Both the position numbers and the translations under genes were made by a program. A stretch of 64,000 nt of DNA from Podarcis melisellensis (taxonomy: Eukaryota): assembly GCA_964234715.1 (NCBI GenBank), contig OZ174276.1; one strand, given 5' to 3'. Positions 11,844 to 24,550 of this stretch are shown here, one piece after another (positions within the stretch are counted from its first letter, which is position 1; each line of letters begins with the position of its first letter). Under the pieces are notes generated by a model that ran no database searches, had not been told where the DNA came from, and saw only the letters and a program-made list of their open reading frames with translations.

Positions 11844-12159
11844 GTTGAGGCTGACAGCGAGGGCCTGGCATGCGAGGCGGAAGACTTTGTGTGCGATTAC
11901 CACTTGGAGATGCTGAGCCTCTCCCAAGACCAGCAGAACCCCTCCTGCATCCAGTTTGACGACTCCAACTGGCAGATGCACTTGACCTCCCTGAAGCCCC
12001 TGGGCTTGAACGTGCTGCTTAACTTGTGCAATGCCAGCGTGACGGAGCGCCTGTGCCGATTCTCCGACCACCTCTGCAACATCGCCTTGCAGGAGACGCA
12101 CAATGCCGTGTTGCCTGTCCATATTCCGTGGGGACTCTGTGAGCTGGCTAGGCTCATAG
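11844..12159 (+). CDS. TMEM94: TMEM94 exon (VEADSEGLACEAEDFVCDYH…ARLI-G)
   Basis: gagccag|, |gtgagg. Confidence 0.92.
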
Positions 12160-12542
12160 GTGAGGAGGGCAGAGGCGGAGAGGTCAGCTGGTGGGGGGTG
12201 CCACTGTAACTTTGCTGTGTGTTAGCGCAGGGGACTCTCAACGTATGTGTGGGTTACATTCTGGGCCCCTGCGCACACAAGTGAAATCATGTAAAATGGG
12301 AAGCACCCTTCAAACACTCTTTAAATGCCCTCTTGGCTGTTCTCTCTCTAACCCATGCCATAAATATGCATCCGAGGGGAAAAAGAAGAGGTAACTGATA
12401 ATCTTGAATCAGTGCTTGAAGTTAGTCCCTGTTTAGGGAAGTTTTTAATATTTAATGCTGTATTGTTTTTAACACTCGATTGGAAGCCGCCCAGAGTGGC
12501 TGGGGAAACTCAGCCAGATGGGCGGGGTATAAATAATAATAA

Positions 12543-12588
<46 letters not shown>

Positions 12589-12607
12589 TTTATTATTATT
12601 ATTATTA
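12543..12607. repeat. (ATT)n microsatellite at a LINE tail
   Basis: Read directly. Confidence 0.95.
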
Positions 12608-13051
12608 AAAATCCTCAGCTGGAATTGAAGCTCTGGGGCCGGGAGGAGGCTGGAAGTCATGCGGGAAAGCGGCTGTTGCGCTACCCCACACATTCACCTG
12701 TTAGGCGGGGAGGAGCAGTAGCGTAAACAAAGCCCCTGACTCTTTGGGGCCTCATCTGCCCTCACTGACGTCCTCTTTGGGCTCTGGGGGAGGGTCTCCT
12801 TGTGAGCCACGAGGACTCTCCAGCTCTCTCCTGCTATTTCCGTGTTTGAATTGTTTTATTTATTTCCTGGCACTGCGTGTATACGCATGAGTCAATTCTG
12901 CTAGGTGGTTATATGAGGCAAGGCAGTCCTTTAGGCAATGATCATAGGCAGAGGAGAGTGGCAGATGAACTTGGAGAGCAGCGCCATATTCCTTGGGATT
13001 CCTGTTGTCCAAGAGTTCGCCTCCCATATTACTTTTTTCCCCCTCCCCCAG

Positions 13052-13225
13052 GCTTTACACCTGGTGCCAAAGAGCTTTTCAAGCAGGAGAACTACTTGGC
13101 CCTTTACCGGCTGCCATCAGATGAGATGGTGAAGGAGACGATGCTTGGGAAACTCTCCTTCATCACCAAAAGGAGACCACCTTTGAGCCACATGATCAGC
13201 CTTTTTGTCAAAGACACTACTACCA
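13052..13225 (+). CDS. TMEM94: TMEM94 exon (FTPGAKELFK…KDTTT)
   Basis: cccccag|, |gtaagg. Confidence 0.95.
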
Positions 13226-14491
13226 GTAAGGATACTAACTTGGCGGGATTTTGACTAACATGTGATCAGAAGGATGACCATTAACATACCACCTCTGGGA
13301 CTGCAATTTGGCTGGCGGCCTAGCCAATCTATTCAGGGCCCTTTGTATGTATTCTTAAGGGAATAGCAAAAGACTTGGGAATGTGGTCCTAAAATATAAG
13401 CCAGAACAGGAGGAAAGGCCATTTCCATGCTTCTACAGGGAAGTTACCAATTCTCTCCAGTAAAGGCTCCTAGGTGAGGAGCTATTTCTCAGTAGCTGGT
13501 GGGTGTTAGTTTCAACTGAGGCCTTAAGTTGAAATTTGGGGGGTTGTTTTAGTTGCTGCCTAGAACCAGGATATTAAACTATATTGTCAGTCAGGTCACC
13601 ATGGCTTGTTCCCTGTGTTCCTTCCTGTTTAGTTCAAAGGCTTATGTATGTTCCATACTTGTCTTGGAAGTTTCCAGACTCGGTGAAGAATGAAGAAGCT
13701 GAAATTTTATTACCATTTATTTTCAATATGTAAAGCCCCGGAAGACTTACAGTGAATAATAACAGACTTAAAAGCCAAGTTTGTTTAGGTCACACTCCAG
13801 CGTGACCAAGAGATGGTGCGTCTCCCTCAGGCAGGCAAACAGAGCAGGCTCTCCAGGACAACGGCTGAACACTAGGAAGCTATTGCTAGCCTTTTTCCTT
13901 CAGAGAGGCATAGGAATATATATTTAAAGAGAAGAGAGATTCGCTTGGGTCTTTCACCTAAAGAGCGCCTGAGAGTTGTCAGTGGGGCACAATGTTGAGA
14001 AGAGGCAGCTCTGCTGGGAAAGAGGGGCAGGCAGCAAACTTTTCTCAGAGACACCGTCTGGGTTTTGTGTACCTGACGCTAAATGGGGGAGAAGTCTTCT
14101 TCCTGATCCAAAAGGTGCCCCAGATAACACAGAATAATTGCACTTCCAGCAATAGACTTGCAGCATCTTCCGTCTTTCCTCCCACCCCATCCTGGCCACT
14201 TGTCACATTGATGGGCATGTTGCTAGTACTTGTATAACACTTAGCAAATGGCTTTCGCTCCTCTCCTGGCTCCTGGCAGTTGATCTTCTGCTTTAGCGGT
14301 AGATTTTATGATAGACAGAAAAGTTTCTTCTAGCGCCTACTTAAAATGTGTTTAATCACCATTTGTCACATTATCAAATGTACCCAGGGAGCCTGTGGGC
14401 GATGTAGAGTGTTAGAAATCTTCACAATAAACCAGCCTGTCAGCAAGCAATTTTTAGAGTTGAGACACAGGTCCACGTTTTTCTCTCTCAG

Positions 14492-14594
14492 GCACCGAGC
14501 AGATGCTTTCCCATGGGACTGCTGACGTCATCCTGGAGGCCTGCACAGACTTCTGGGACGGTTCGGATATTTATCCGCTGTCTGGCTCTGACAG
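14492..14594 (+). CDS. TMEM94: TMEM94 exon (TEQMLSHGTADV…LSGSD-R)
   Basis: ctctcag|, |gtaggc. Confidence 0.95.
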
Positions 14595-15692
14595 GTAGGC
14601 AACCTTATCTGCACAAGTCACCAGCTTCAAAAAACAAACTGCTGGCGAGATTTATGTTTGGGTCGCCTGCGATGTTTGCTTTCTCCAAAGGTTGCTTATG
14701 GCTGTGTGCAAGTCATAGTTATGGGGCTCTGCTTGCAGAGATCTTCCTGCAGAGGAAGGTTTAGGCAGTCCACAGATGATGCCTTTTCAGAAATCACGGA
14801 GCATTGTAGAGCTGTCATTGGCCCTGATACGCACTTGCACTCTTGGTGCCTCTATCAGTTTGCATCAAGTGGGTTTTTCAGATTTTTGTAATGCTTCATG
14901 CTCCCCCTTGTTAAGCCCAAAGAAGCCTGCAAGAGCATGACAAGTGCTGCTGCAATACAGGTGTGCTTTGGGATGAGCTATGTAGTGGCCAGAGCAAGTA
15001 AACCAAGGTTCTTTCCCCACCAATTTCTGGAACAATTTAAAATGCTTTGTGATTATGTACACACACACACACACTTACATCACACATAGAACGCACATCA
15101 GTGCAGATTGTGTGTGTGTGTATGTGTGTGTGCATGTACATCATTTTACAATTTATTTTAAACAAGGAAAGAGACAGAAGTGCAAACCATTCAGGTGTTG
15201 TAAAGAACTTACAAAGTTTAGCCAAAAGACTAAATGCAAGGTTACATAATCAATATCAGGTACAGGAACAACTAAGTGTCTGTGAAGATTTATATGTGTA
15301 TATATACACACATACATATATACACATATAGAATGTATATCTATGCAGGAGTGTGCATTGCGAGTGTACACACGCAACTGTCACAGATGTGAATGAATTT
15401 TGAATATTGGCCGTGGGGAAACAAGTGCTGACCCATGAGAAATGTGGAAGGGGTTGATGCACAAGGGCTGTGAACCATTAGTTTCAAAGGAAAGATGCTT
15501 CAAAATACTCGATAAGGAATGAACAGAAGCCGCTTCCTTGCCTCCTCTCAGCTCCAATAGATTCTGCCCCTGAAAAGCATGAGTCTGGGCAGTAGTTTTA
15601 CTAGCCAGGCATGTGTTGCGTGCAGACGTTGAGACTATTTTGTGCGTAACGTATCTCTGGTGGCCTTTGTCATTCTCTCTCTCTGCTCTCAG

Positions 15693-15910
15693 GAAGAAAG
15701 TGTTGGATTTCTACCAGCGTGCCTGTCTTTCGGGCTATTGCTCCGCCTTCTCTTACAAGCCCATGCACTGCGCCTTGTCCTCCCAGCTCAATGGGAAGTG
15801 CATAGAGCTAGTGCAGGTCCCTGGGCAGAGTGCCATCTTCACGTCCTGTGACCTCCCTGGGACGACGCCCATCAAGCAGAACAGCCGGAGGAACAGCTGG
15901 AGCTCCGATG
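15693..15910 (+). CDS. TMEM94: TMEM94 exon (KKVLDFYQRAC…SWSSD)
   Basis: ctctcag|, |gtaggt. Confidence 0.95.
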
Positions 15911-16283
15911 GTAGGTGCCTTGCCTCCGTTGCAGATCCTTCCATGCATGCATCTGGGGCGGTGCTCCGCCAGCTTTGGTTTGTTGCTGGTTTATTTTATC
16001 TCAGGACACTCTTTAAGTGACTCCAAGATGGACACCTGGGATACCACAAGGTTACAGAAAAATGACCTTAGGAGAGAAGTTTGAGGGCTGTATCCAACTC
16101 CGTGTGAGATGAGTTCCACTCTTGCAGTGGGATTTCCCCCTTCCTCTCCACTTCCCTGATCTGCTCTTGAGTGTCCCCCAACCCTCTGGAGCACATTTGA
16201 GGATGCAACGTGGGCTGCAGGGGAAGGGGAAGTTCCATTGCATAAGTAGGCATCTGCTGTGCATGTGGCACAGCAGCTCTGGG

Positions 16284-16660
16284 CATAGAATCATAGAATC
16301 ATAGAGTTGGAAGAGACCACAAAGGCCATCAGGTCCAACCCCCTGCCAAGCAGGAAACACCATCAGAGCACTCCTGACATATGGTTGTCAAGCCTCTGCT
16401 TAAAGACCTCCAAAGAAGGAGACTCCACCACACTCCTTGGCAGCAAATTCCACTGTCGAACAGCTCTTAATGTCAGGAAGTTCTTCCTAATGTTTAGGTG
16501 GAATCTTCTTTCTTGTAGTTTGGATCCATTGCTCCATGTCCGTTTCTCTGGAGCAGCAGAAAACAACCTCCTCTATGTGACATCCCTTTATATATTTGAA
16601 CATGGCTATCACCCCTTAACTTCCTCTTCTCCAGGCTAAACATGCCCAGCTCCCTTAGAC
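16284..16660 (-). mobile_element. CR1 LINE 3' fragment
   Basis: ORF 16363..16566 is the CR1 ORF2 C-terminus (RFHLNIRKNFLT.RAVRQWN.LP..VVESPSLEVFK.RLD); (ATTCTATG)n tail. Confidence 0.92.
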
Positions 16661-17561
16661 ATAACCCATAGGATTTAAAAACCCAGTTGTTGGGTGTAGA
16701 TGCTTTGAATCAAACAATTCAAATGTGTTTTGCACAATGATGTGACATGGAAAGTAAATCTGGTGAGACCCTTGTTCCGTCACAGTGCCTTCCATGTGAC
16801 GATCAAGAAAATGAAGAGAAAAATATCTTGTAAATGGAGAACCTCCTCTAAATAATTTACTTTTGAGCAAGCAAACGAAAAAGGGCGAATCTTAATAGTG
16901 TTGACTATTATTAATCCAGTCTTTTTGGAAATTTTCTTTTGGAGGTTAACTGTTTGAAAGATTACGTTTTCTATGTTTTAACGGTGATCCTAGTATGGAA
17001 AGCTCCACGACTGCATAAAGACCTCATTGGCCTTGATCTCCACATCACATCAGGAATTCTCTCTTTCCTCATTATTCAAGGTCTCAACCTTGTCCCCATC
17101 TGACCTGCCAATTGCGGAAGAATCCTGCTTGTCTAAATTTTGACACATTATATTCGGGTAGGCTGCCTTGTCATCAGAAAAGAGGGCTCATTTGATCCAG
17201 CTTCTTCGGATTGCCTTCTTTTCTTGCTGCTTATTAGTTTCAGCCAGGCAAGCTCCTCTGAGTGTCCTTGAGCAGATCAGTAAGGATGATTTCAGATGCC
17301 CCGCCTGTCCATGGACAGACCACGGGCCGAATCATCCAGCCTTGACTTGCTTATTCTCACTTAATATTGGTGCTTGTTGAGAAGAGGTGATAGTTAGCCT
17401 TCCCAATCCTACCTCTATCTTTCACCAAATGGCATAAAAATGGGAATTAAGAACATTGTGACATTCCTGTGTGCGTTCTGTTACTAGCTTTTAGTGCTGT
17501 GCTATAGGTAACAAACCTCCTCCTTTTTGTTTTCTCTCCCCCTGCTTCCACATGCCCAAAG

Positions 17562-17743
17562 AAGGGATTGGGGAAGCGATGGAGAAGGAGGACTGCATCC
17601 AGGCTCTGAGCGGCCAGATCTTCATGGGAATGGTCTCGTCCCAGTATCAGGCCCGATCAGATGTCGTCCGCCTCATTGAGGGACTTGTCAATGCCTGCAT
17701 TCGTTTTGTCTACTTCTCCCTGGAAGATGAGCTCAAGAGCAAG
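17562..17743 (+). CDS. TMEM94: TMEM94 exon (EGIGEAMEKEDC…ELKSK)
   Basis: AAGAAG tandem acceptor, |gtagga. Confidence 0.92.
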
Positions 17744-17925
17744 GTAGGATTTCCCTTGGCTTACTCTACCACTTCTCAGTGTTCCTGCAGCGGCCATGTC
17801 AAAGGCACAGCCGCCCCACTCATCCTAGGGCTGGTTCAGATTGCAAGATTATTCCTGGGTTTTTATATATATCTATGTTTCTCCCACTTTGGCTATGCTG
17901 CAACCATAGTGCCTTTCCTCCACAG

Positions 17926-18064
17926 GTGTTTGCTGAGAAGATGGGCCTGGAGACCGGCTGGAATTGCCACATATCCCTGACACCCAATGGAGATGTGCCT
18001 GGTTCCGAAATCCCTCCTTCCAGCCCCAGCCATGCAGGCTCCTTGCGTGATGATCTACAGCAGG
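17926..18064 (+). CDS. TMEM94: TMEM94 exon (VFAEKMGLETGWNCH…DDLQQ)
   Basis: ccacag|, |gtgagc. Confidence 0.95.
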
Positions 18065-18800
18065 GTGAGCAAATAGCCCTAAGGGGAATGGTGGCTGCAG
18101 TGCAAGTGTCTGTTCAAAGCAAATCCATCTGACGATTGAACCAAACCCATGAGATTTACAGTCAGCAAGACAGGCACTATTACTAAAGCCAGGCCAAACT
18201 TTAGAATAGCTGTTCTATGGGACAGTCCCAGTTCTCAAAGCCTTAAAGCCAGGGGCACCAAGGTTTTACAAATAATGTCATATACAGTATAGGCATTCAA
18301 CTGGTGAAATTCTCCCCATCTGGGTGGGGAAAGCTTTGCCTGTTGAATTCTATGTTGTTCTCAAAGGCAGAGGTACCTTTCTTGGAAATGTTAAGACAAG
18401 CCTAGTTATGTGCAGAAGCTGTGCCCCTTCTGTCCAATTTGATACCTGAGGTTTTTGCTGCAGCCCATCACATCTGTTTAGTTTTTTGTCACCGCTGGGA
18501 TATGGTTGTCCTGATTTTCAGCCTTTCCACGTAGTACATTCTTTTTGTGGTCTTTTCCGGCACAGGAGGAAGGAGGCAGGCGCTTTAAAACTCAGCAAAG
18601 TTCTGAACTGATACTGCCAGCTCTGGTTAGATGAGTCATTTTCAAAACACCTCTTATTTTAGGAGAACCCAGAAAATCCAAGCTTGCTTTTCCAGGCTGT
18701 CACAAAGCTGTCACATGAGGGGCGGGGGTGTGCCTTGTGTCGGCGTTTTGGTGTGAGCCTTCCAAGCCGTAACACTGCTTTCTTTCTCTGTCCTTGCCAG

Positions 18801-18916
18801 TTTCCCGAGAAGATGCAGAGGGGCTTCTGCTGATGGAGGAGGAAGGACACTCCGACCTCATTAGCTTTCAGCCAACCGACAGTGACATCCCCAGCTTCCT
18901 GGAGGATTGCAATAGG
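18801..18916 (+). CDS. TMEM94: TMEM94 exon (VSREDAEGLLLM…EDCNR)
   Basis: ttgccag|, |gtgaga. Confidence 0.95.
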
Positions 18917-20909
18917 GTGAGACTGACAGCAGGATACCTTACTTAGGAACCCAAAGCGTTTGACTGTATCTCCCAGCAATGAACTTGATGGCCGTTGTTG
19001 CTTCTCTAAACCTCTTGAGAGGCCGTTTACAGCTTAATCATATCCATGTCTACTCAGAAGTCTGTTCCATTTAAGTCACTTACTTTCAGATGAGTGTGTA
19101 TAGGATTGCACCCTAACAGTCTGCTTCCTTAAATAATCCTTAATTGATTAAGCCTATATAACAGGAGGCAGCAACTGTTTAAGGATGCAGAGGTAGCTGC
19201 TGTGGTGAGGGCATCCTTGCAGCTTACCAGGAGAGGGCTGGGGAGGAGGGCAAAGGTGAGGTTGGAGTTAGGGTGGGTGCATTAGTGGGAGCCCTGCCAG
19301 TGCATCCACACAATCTCACCTTTCCTGCTGCCCTAGCCCTGTCTCAGGTAAGCTGAGGTGCTGCTAGTGTTGAGAGGGTGGCTCTGGGATTCTGCCCTGC
19401 AGCACGGCCCACTGCTGAAAGAATGCAAGCAGGACAAGTTAAGCTAGTGAATTTATAGGGGTACACTGAACTTGAGCAAGCGAGTTGAGGTCACACACTG
19501 TGGGGAGTGTTTCAAAATTGACATGGTCTGTGATGTGCTGGCACATGTTATTCTTTAGCAGATCACAAAACAATGGGGGGGGGGATACAACACTGAGGGA
19601 AATACCACAACATTGAAAACAATGCTTGCTTTCAAAGTATCCCCCCCCCCTAAATTGCTGCCATCTTCCTTAAAGCGAAATGAAAGATAATGCAACTTAA
19701 ACTTTGTAGGAGAAAAGTTATTGATTAGGAGATAAAATGGGCTTTTGGATCCATTGCTGATGCTTCAGAAGAAGGGAAAATGATAGTTTAAGTACCATGA
19801 ACTGACATGCCAGAAGAATAGAGGTGGGGTGGATTATTGGAGAGAGAAGTAATACTATCATCTGTGAAGGCCAGGATGCTACTTTGAAGTGTCTAGTTTC
19901 TTTACTTCAAACTGATCTCTTTCATTCATCTTAGGAATGCTCATGGAAAGGGTTACATTTAATATGCTTCAATTCTCAGTGGGATTTGAACTTCTCATCC
20001 ACCTAGTTTGCAAATCTCTCTTTCTCTCTTTCTGGTGGTGTGTCATCCTAAACTAGAGGCCTTCAATAAGTATTTAGTGTTGAGTGACCCACAGTAACTT
20101 TTTTCTGCCCAGTCATTTATACATTTACCCATAAATTATTGGCTGCCTTCATTTCCCCTCATAAATCATGTTTAGGGCTGCAGACTTTGCACTCTGAAGA
20201 TTACTTTCTATAAGGGATGGCTAGTCTATGTAATTTACACAAGGAGAAACCTTTCTCTTTCTGATCTGTGTGAGCAGAGAAGTTCTTAATCTGTTGTAAT
20301 TTGTATTATACACTGTAATATTTGGTGGTAACTAACAGATTTTTAAAAGAAGAATTGTGCTCTTAATCTGTCTTTGCTCTCCCACAGTCTGCACATTCAC
20401 TATTTGAAATTTCACTTACCCACCCAAGCCTCGCTATACGCTTCACAGATTCGCTTATCCAAAGAGCTGGCTTCCTTCCTTTTTTGTGCTTTGCTGGTTG
20501 GTGGCTGCCATTTTGTCTCTCTTTTGCTGATTGGCTGCAGCCATTTCAGGGGGAAACCATGGAGAAATGGGTGATTTCCTGGGAACGCGTTGTGTTCGTA
20601 AAGTGAGACTTGTGTGTAGTTATGCTACTGGCTGTGTAACATCTGGGAAGGGCAGAGTGTAGCTTGTCTGGGCAGATTAAGAGCAAGTCAGTGGTTGATG
20701 GCAATGAAAATCTTTCTGGCAAATGTCCGTTTGCACTTCCTCCTAACATAGCCCAATTTATCCGGCAATGAACAGGGGTTAGAGCAATCTCATTGCTCTG
20801 CTTTATCACTCCAGCTGCGGGGAATCTGATTCATCCTGAGCTTGTTGTTAGCCTTCACCCTCGTCAACCGTCTCCTTGGCTTGTTTAATTGCCGCTTCTT
20901 TCACTCCAG

Positions 20910-21009
20910 GCCAAACTGCCACGTGGAATCCACCAGGTGAGGCCCCACCTGCAGAATATTGACAACGTGCCTTTGCTTGTTCCTCTGTTTACAGATTGCA
21001 CCCCAGAAA
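20910..21009 (+). CDS. TMEM94: TMEM94 exon (AKLPRGIHQVRPHL…DCTPE)
   Basis: actccag|, |gtaagt. Confidence 0.96.
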
Positions 21010-21116
21010 GTAAGTGGAGCTCAGGCTAGTGGATTCTTTGTCGCTGAGATGGGGAGATCCGGGTGGAAACTAAGAGGGTGTCAACACACTTAACCCCTTT
21101 CCTGGTTCTCTTGCAG

Positions 21117-21225
21117 CCATGTGTGAGATGATTAAGATCATGCAGGAATACGGGGAGGTCACTTGCTGCCTCGGCAGCTCTGCCAACTTGCGCAACAACT
21201 GCCTTTTCCTTCAGAGCGACATCAG
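21117..21225 (+). CDS. TMEM94: TMEM94 exon (TMCEMIKIMQEYGE…QSDI-S)
   Basis: ttgcag|, |gtaaga. Confidence 0.96.
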
Positions 21226-21232
21226 GTAAGAT

Positions 21233-21554
21233 CAGGGGTCAGCAAACTTTTTCAGCAGGGGACCAGTCCATTGTCCCTCAGACCTTGGGGGGGGGCAGAC
21301 TATATTTTGAAAAAATAATAATGAATGAATTCCTATGCCCCACAAATAACCCAGAGATGCATTTTAAGTAAAAGTGCACATTCTACTCATGAAAAACACC
21401 AGGCAGACCCCACAAATAACCCAGAGATGCATTTTAAATAAAAGGACACATTCTACTCATGTAAAAACACGCTGATTCCCAGACCATCCACGGGCCAGAT
21501 TTAGAAGGTGATTGGGCTGGATCCAGCCCCTGGGTCTTAGTTTGCCTACCCATG
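21233..21554. mobile_element. hAT-like MITE
   Basis: TIR CAGGGGTCAGCAAACT / AGTTTGCCTACCCATG; 8-bp TSD GGTAAGAT / AGTAAGAT; internal duplication of CCCACAAATAACCCAGAGATGCATTTTAA. Confidence 0.8.
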
Positions 21555-23078
21555 AGTAAGATGCACCTAGACTCTGGGGTTCTGGTTTTGAGAAGCCCAG
21601 TCTGTCCTAATTCATACCACTCCTTCATCCTGATTCCATTTCTGTGTTGACTTTCTTTGTTTTGTTCCGTTGCATCCCCATACAGAGTCCCAGGGAGACC
21701 TGAAAAGCACTCCTCTTTTTCTTTCCTTTGCCCTGGGTAGAAAACTACTGCTATCTGATACCTCCCTGCAGTACCTTTAGCAGACCAATGTGGAGGAAAT
21801 ACCTTTTATGCCACATCAGGGCTTTTGCAAAACTGCTTAGAACAAATCCCACATTGAGCCTGGTGTTGTCTGAAATAGTTGCATAAGGAACATCTGTTCC
21901 AACGGCAACCTTTGCCACAGAGTTGCTAGAAAGGATGTTCTGCCTACTACCATTTTGCAAAACACATGGCTCAGTGTTGGACTTGGTGCCATCGTTCGAA
22001 TCTCTCATGTGGCATATGAGAACCTTCCTCCGTACTGGTGGCTCTTGGTCTCCTAAAAAGGAATGGGGATTACAGTCCCACTCTCCTTGACTACTGGCCC
22101 CACTGTCTGGAGTTGGGACCCCAACTATCTGGAAGGCCAGTTTCCTCACCCCGTCCTCAAATGTATAAAATCTTCTGCTCTTCTGGCAAAGCAGGAATGG
22201 GAGAGAAGCAGAGAGGAAAGCAGGTCAGAGCAGGTGCTGCAATCAGTTTAGATAAAGGCAAAAGAGACCATTTTGAGCCCTCAAGCTGTTATTGCTTTAT
22301 TCATCCATCCAGCTCGTTCTGTTAAAAGCACCTTCTGAAAATCAAAGGGTTTTAAATGAATGAAGAAATAGAGATGCATAATTTTGTGGGCATTATTTTG
22401 GTGGCAGGGAGTCTGGATGCTTGGCCCAGGCTCACCCTCCACTCCCAAAATCAAAGAAGGCTTATCATTCAGAGATGCTCTTGCCGCTCCTTCGGCTCTC
22501 ACTGTTCCATCTTGCTCTTCCTCCTGTACTTGGTGAAGTGCAAAGTTTCACATGCTGGGCCAGGTATCCTCAAAGTTGCTTTTTAAACAAGAGAGTTTTA
22601 TAAAAGCAGGTTTCATTTACCATGGCTTTTATGCTGATCTATTTTTTTCTTGGTTTTAGCTGATTATGTGACGTGTGCCATATATTATCTGTAAGCTGCC
22701 TCAAATTAATTTTGGAAAGGTGGGGTATACATTTACCAGATAAAGTAATAAAAGGATCAGGCTACAATGCTCCTTACTGCTGACTGAGTGGACCCCTATT
22801 TTCCTAGCGGTTCTTTTGTTATGATCAGAGTTCTTTATTCAGTCCAATCTGTTCTGATTTCCTGTCTCGGGACATTTCCCTGCAGAGCTGGTGGCCTTAC
22901 TGTGGATGGTCCGAAAGTAATCTGTAGCCCAGTAGTTCACTTTTTAAAAAGCATCAATATTGTTGGACACCTCCATATTTTAGATCAGTTTTGTAACCCC
23001 GAGGTGTTTGGCTGGGTGCCCCTGGCTTATTACTCCCCATTATGTTTTCCTCTAACCTGTGTAGTATTGTCTGTGCAG

Positions 23079-23268
23079 CATAGCCCTGGATCCTCTTTAC
23101 CCCTCTCGCTGCTCTTGGGAGACGTTTGGGTACGCCACCAGCACTAACATGACCCGTATCTCCGATGAGCTCACGCCTCTCCAGCTGTCTGGCCAGCTGA
23201 ACAGCCTATCGTGCTCCCTGACTATTTATCCGGAAGAAACCATTGGGCTCATCAGACTTATAGAACAG
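23079..23268 (+). CDS. TMEM94: TMEM94 exon (IALDPLYPSRCSW…RLIEQ)
   Basis: gtgcag|, |gtaagc. Confidence 0.95.
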
Positions 23269-23597
23269 GTAAGCCCCCTTTCTTTAGAGCTGGTAGTAAC
23301 ACAGTTGTGACAATCTCCATCATTTAATTACGATGGTAACATTTTAGCATCTCTTTGGGCTTCCAGACTTAATGAAATAACTGTTCCATCCATCCTTATT
23401 TTTCTTCTTGATGCAGAGAAGCTATTTGGCAGGACAGAACGTTCCAGCCTGTTTTCTTTCCTTTTAAAAGAAAACCTAATTGAAGCTTTCAGTTTTGATC
23501 CATATTTTTAAAAGTGGATCCGTTTACTGCACTCATCCTTGACAATCTATTTACTCATACCTTGCATACTATCCATTTTATATATGCTTTCTTTTAG

Positions 23598-23675
23598 GCC
23601 CGGCATGCAACTTACAGTATTCGCAAATGCTTCCTCTTCCTCCTCCAGTGTCAGCTGACCCTGGTCATAATCCAG
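23598..23675 (+). CDS. TMEM94: TMEM94 exon (ARHATYSIRKCFLF…LVIIQ)
   Basis: cttttag|, |gtgagt. Confidence 0.95.
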
Positions 23676-24464
23676 GTGAGTTATTCTGAATGGCATCAGG
23701 AAGCAGAAAGGACTGATTGTCTTGCAAGTCATCTAAGAGGAGGAGAGACCCAAAGGAAACTGCTTAAGTTGGATATTTGCTAGCAGTATTCACTATCCTT
23801 GTGTCATGGAAGGCTGCCCTGATTCTAGCTGAGGTCCAAAGCGTACAATGGAGCATCTTGTAATCGTAAATGTATGGTCCCCAAATTCTTCATTTGGAAT
23901 AGTATATGCGTGGAAGGCAAAGTGTACTAGCTTTTCTAATTTTGTTCTGGTTTTCAAAATAAAGGTTTCTTTTGAGAGTGTTTCTTCTCCAAGTACTTAC
24001 CAGAGGCTAGCCACACACAGTTCTTCACCTCCCAAAACAGAACTTCCTATCATGTCTTCAGCTACAAGGCCTGGAAGAGTTATGTTAAAATAAGCAGAAT
24101 GTTTCATTAAAAAAAAAATTAAAAGCAGTACAGTGCTGCTGTGCAGTGGAATCCTGTGCACCACATTCTGTGTGTAGCAGCAACTGCTGGCTCCTTAATA
24201 GGTTGATTTTTGCATTTATATACTTCCTTGTTGCCATGGCACCCAAGGTGGTGTACTAAAATGAACAAATATGCAAAATTGTTGAACAAATGTGTTCTTT
24301 CACGCTTCCTTCGGGATCCAATGGCATGAGCTCCCTGCTCTGGACTCCCTCTCCTTCTTAGTCGCCATCTTGTTTTTACAAGATGGGTGTGATGACTTGC
24401 TGGTGGGTGCCCGTTGGTCTTCTGATCCTTCCACTGATGGTGCCTTTTGCTGTCTTTTGCTTAG

Positions 24465-24550
24465 TTCCTTTCTTGCCTGGGGCAGCTGCCCCCCATTCTC
24501 AGTACCACCGACATCTTGTGGCTTTCCTGCTTCTGCTACCCGTTGCTAAG
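24465..24550 (+). CDS. TMEM94: TMEM94 exon (FLSCLGQLPP…CYPLL-S)
   Basis: gcttag|, |gtgagt. Confidence 0.95.

Noticed and set aside
11559-12122. 187-aa minus-strand ORF
   Set aside because: Antisense shadow of TMEM94 exon 11844-12159 extending into a MITE.
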